In this document: positions 59,747 through 64,000 of the stretch, one piece after another
Position numbering within the stretch: position 1 is the stretch's first letter
How the letters are laid out: every line of letters begins with the position of its first letter
Assembly: GCA_050633305.1 (NCBI GenBank)
Contig: JBOEGF010000010.1
Span: 672,001 to 736,000, forward strand
Source: Nannocystales bacterium
Lineage (GTDB): Bacteria; Myxococcota_A; Polyangia; Nannocystales; Nannocystaceae
Direction: 5' to 3'
Length of the DNA stretch: 64,000 nt
The notes under the pieces: generated by a model
Told to the model about the DNA's origin: nothing
The model's database searches: none
The model's input: the letters and a program-made list of their open reading frames with translations, nothing else
Position numbers and translations under genes: made by a program

Positions 59747-59933
59747 GCCCGCTCAACGCGGTGAGCCCTGGCCCTCTTTCCTGCGCAGCCCTGTGCACAC
59801 GGGTGAACCCGCCTGCCCACGGCCGTGAACGACGATTGGACCCCCCGGTTGCATGGGGTCGGCGGCCTGCTTGTCCCCGATCACAGGGACTCGCTGCGCA
59901 GCGGATTGCACTGCGCCCACGTGTGCGCTGACC

Positions 59934-60722
59934 CTACTCCGGCTTTCGATACACGTGGAAGAAGTTCTCCTCCAACAGATCGGGCGCTCGTTCGAACACG
60001 AATCCGGCGGCCTCAAACTCGGCCCGGAACTCCGCTGGGCTGGCTCGGACGTGCTCGAGCACCCACTTCTTGGACTTGCCCTCTTCGGCGATGAAGTCGA
60101 TGACGGCGAGTCGACCCCCGGGCTTGAGGGCCGCGTAGAGGCTGGCGAGATACGTCCGTGGGTACTCGACGTGGTGGAAGACGTCGCACATGAAGATGAT
60201 GTCGACCGTGCCGTCGTCGAGGTTCGCGGAGCGTTGCTCGGCCTTGACGAACGCGATGTTGCTCAGGCCGGCCTTTTTCGCTTTGTCCCGGACGTGGTCG
60301 AGGAAGTAGTCTTGCACGTCGACGGCGAACACGGTGCCGCTGCGCGTGACGGCCTTGGCGAAGGCGAGCGTGTACAGGCCACTGCCCACACCCACGTCGG
60401 CCGCGGACATGCCAGGCTCGATGCGCAGCGCTTCGAGGACGGCGGCCTGGCGGTCGTGAACCTCGCGGCCTTTCCGTTCGAACCGCTTCTCCCAACCTGC
60501 GGCGTCCCCACCCTCGTACTTCTTGTTGATCCGGACCGCGACGGGGTTGGGGGTCTCCGGTTCGGGGACTGGCTCCAGCTGAGAAGGCGCAGGGGCAGGC
60601 TCAGGGTCAGGCTGGGTCTGTGCTGCAGCCACGGCCGGCGCTTGCGGGGCGGGGGGCTCAGAGTCGGGCGTCGGTGCCGACGTGCACCCGGAGAGGGCGA
60701 GGAGGATTGCGGCCGCTCTCAT
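59934..60722 (-). CDS. Class I SAM-dependent methyltransferase with lipoprotein signal
   Basis: Lipobox LALSGC, Pro-rich linker, ADVGVGSG, AVDV, DVFHHV, LKPGGRL. Confidence 0.88.
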   Translation of the reverse strand: MRAAAILLALSGCTSAPTPDSEPPAPQAPAVAAAQTQPDPEPAPAPSQLEPVPEPETPNPVAVRINKKYEGGDAAGWEKRFERKGREVHDRQAAVLEALRIEPGMSAADVGVGSGLYTLAFAKAVTRSGTVFAVDVQDYFLDHVRDKAKKAGLSNIAFVKAEQRSANLDDGTVDIIFMCDVFHHVEYPRTYLASLYAALKPGGRLAVIDFIAEEGKSKKWVLEHVRASPAEFRAEFEAAGFVFERAPDLLEENFFHVYRKPE

Positions 60723-61235
60723 CCCCTCGATGATAGGGGGGGTTACAGATCGGGTCATCGCCCCCTTCCCAATCTGGGGAGGTTCGGGGGCTGCTGCGAG
60801 CCGGGCGCATTCGCGCATGCCGCTAGTCGATTGATATCCGTCGTGAAATTCCGGTTTCCCCTCGTGCTCCACGGTCGGTACGAACCTTGGAATATGGGCG
60901 GGTGTGCGACGGGCAAAACAGGCTGCGATGCTGCTGACGATGGCCACTGCGATGGGCTGGTCGGCGCCGTCCGCTGATGCCCGTGCGTCCGATGGCGACA
61001 AGCTCGAGGTGGTCGAAACCGCGCCGGTCGCGATCCCGACCCTGGCGGCGCTGGGGTCCGAGGGCACCCGCGTTGCGGACAGTGAGTGGCGCTACCTCCC
61101 GTCTCGTCGTTGAAAAACTGCCATCCGCTGGGCTGACTTCAACCTCACGACGACGCATCCCACGGAGGGTTGTCGGCCGATCTCGGTGTCGGTACTTCGA
61201 CCTCGCGAAGGTTCCTCCTTCTTCGCACCAGGTCG

Positions 61236-62225
61236 ATGAAACACCTCAAGCTTCTCCTCTGCCTGCCCGTACTGCTGGCCGTCTCCGCCTGCGACGAGGC
61301 TCCTGTCGACGAAAACCGCCTGGCTGCCGCCGCCAGCAATGGGGACCGCGCAGCGGGCTCGTGTTCTCCAGAGGCGTGTGGGGAGTATATCCCCTCGAAC
61401 AGCTGCCAGTGCGATGCGGCCTGTGTGGACTACGGCGACTGCTGCCACGATGTCGACGCCGTGTGCAACGACGTGCCCGTGGATGAGTGCGGGAGCAATG
61501 ACGACTGCCCGGAGTTCTGCGGATGGAATGACGACAACCTTCGGGTGTGCAAGCCGTGGGCGCAGGTCGGTGAGAGCTGCGAAGGGTTCGTGTTGCCAGC
61601 GTTCCGCGCTTCGTGTGCGCCTGGCTTGGAGTGCGAGTTCTCGGAGCCCACGTTCGACATCCCGGGGGTCTGCGTCGATCCCGACGAGGAGCCGGTCTTC
61701 TGCGGTGGCATCGCTGCGATTCAGTGTCCCGCTGGACAGCACTGCCAACTCGAGGGCAGCTTCCCCGATGCGGGCGGATCATGTCAGCCCGGTTCCGCGC
61801 AGGGCGGCATCTGTGGAGGCATCGCGGGCTTCAGCTGCCTTGCGGGTCTGGAGTGCGTCATCGACAACCCCTTCCCCGATGCCGATGGCGTGTGCATGGA
61901 GCCGTGTGTTCCCGCAGGATGCAGCGGTCAGGTCTGCGCCCTGGAGAGTGAAGCGCCCGGCGTGATCACCACGTGCGAAGTGCTGCCCGAGTACATCTGC
62001 TTTGGCGAGACCACTTGCGGACACCACGGCGCGGACGGTGCGTGTGGGTGGGAGCAGAACGACGCCTACCTCGAGTGCCTGGCCGACTTCGAGGAACCGG
62101 TCGAGCCGGCCCCAGACTCCTGCGAGGGACACTGTGGGGATCAGGCCGAAGCGGGCTGCTACTGCGACTCGGTCTGTGCGTACTGGGGTGACTGCTGCGA
62201 CGACAAAGTCGCCATCTGCGGATAG
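61236..62225 (+). CDS. Cys-rich lipoprotein with two somatomedin-B-like domains and an eight-cysteine-cluster-like domain
   Basis: Lipobox VSAC; CQCDAACVDYGDCC and CYCDSVCAYWGDCC; CGGIA..C repeats; GCSGQVC..TTCE. Confidence 0.8.
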   Translation: MKHLKLLLCLPVLLAVSACDEAPVDENRLAAAASNGDRAAGSCSPEACGEYIPSNSCQCDAACVDYGDCCHDVDAVCNDVPVDECGSNDDCPEFCGWNDDNLRVCKPWAQVGESCEGFVLPAFRASCAPGLECEFSEPTFDIPGVCVDPDEEPVFCGGIAAIQCPAGQHCQLEGSFPDAGGSCQPGSAQGGICGGIAGFSCLAGLECVIDNPFPDADGVCMEPCVPAGCSGQVCALESEAPGVITTCEVLPEYICFGETTCGHHGADGACGWEQNDAYLECLADFEEPVEPAPDSCEGHCGDQAEAGCYCDSVCAYWGDCCDDKVAICG

Positions 62226-62241
62226 AGCGTGAGCGCGACTG

Positions 62242-63861
<1,620 letters not shown>

Positions 63862-64000
63862 TGCGGGACCTGGCGCGCGCAAATGAGCTGCACGGGTCGG
63901 TTTTGGGGGGCTACTGAGGAGTTCGACAACCAACAGTGACCATCAGGCACCGTGGCTTTCGACGGCCTCGCGCACCCGCGCCGTCAAATCGTCGACCTCG

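Overview
A GC-rich, gene-dense chromosomal segment that looks myxobacterial (Nannocystaceae/Plesiocystis-like). This is inferred from the Ser/Thr kinase-TPR + ECF sigma pairs, the DUF1552/DUF1592 pair, an AgmX/PglI-type domain and many Ser/Thr/Gly-linker lipoproteins. Housekeeping genes: hutU-hutI, Maf, F0 ATP synthase genes, hemL, gyrA, an OsmC-family gene and an enoyl-CoA hydratase. Accessory content: four Hanks kinases, two ECF sigma factors, a GAF sensor, CheY plus a CheX-like fusion, a class III cyclase, a probable sulfated-glycan cluster and many secreted or Cys-rich lipoproteins. Main leads: (1) a translationally coupled pair of isoprenoid-synthase-fold genes (54183-56626), the second ending in a tail with 28 Cys in 97 aa; (2) a kinase/ECF cassette flanked by two paralogous unknown secreted proteins, next to a second kinase/ECF cassette bracketed by decayed IS3-like ends; (3) an atpZ-atpI-atpB-atpE cluster split by two lipoprotein genes; (4) several enzymes with altered catalytic motifs (His-less histidine kinase, degenerate STAND ATPase, degenerate Fic, non-canonical cyclase); (5) a PHM/DBH-type copper monooxygenase lipoprotein. 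I recognised no rRNA, tRNA or CRISPR array. All family calls come from reading motifs by eye, not from database searches, and several start codons are my best estimates.
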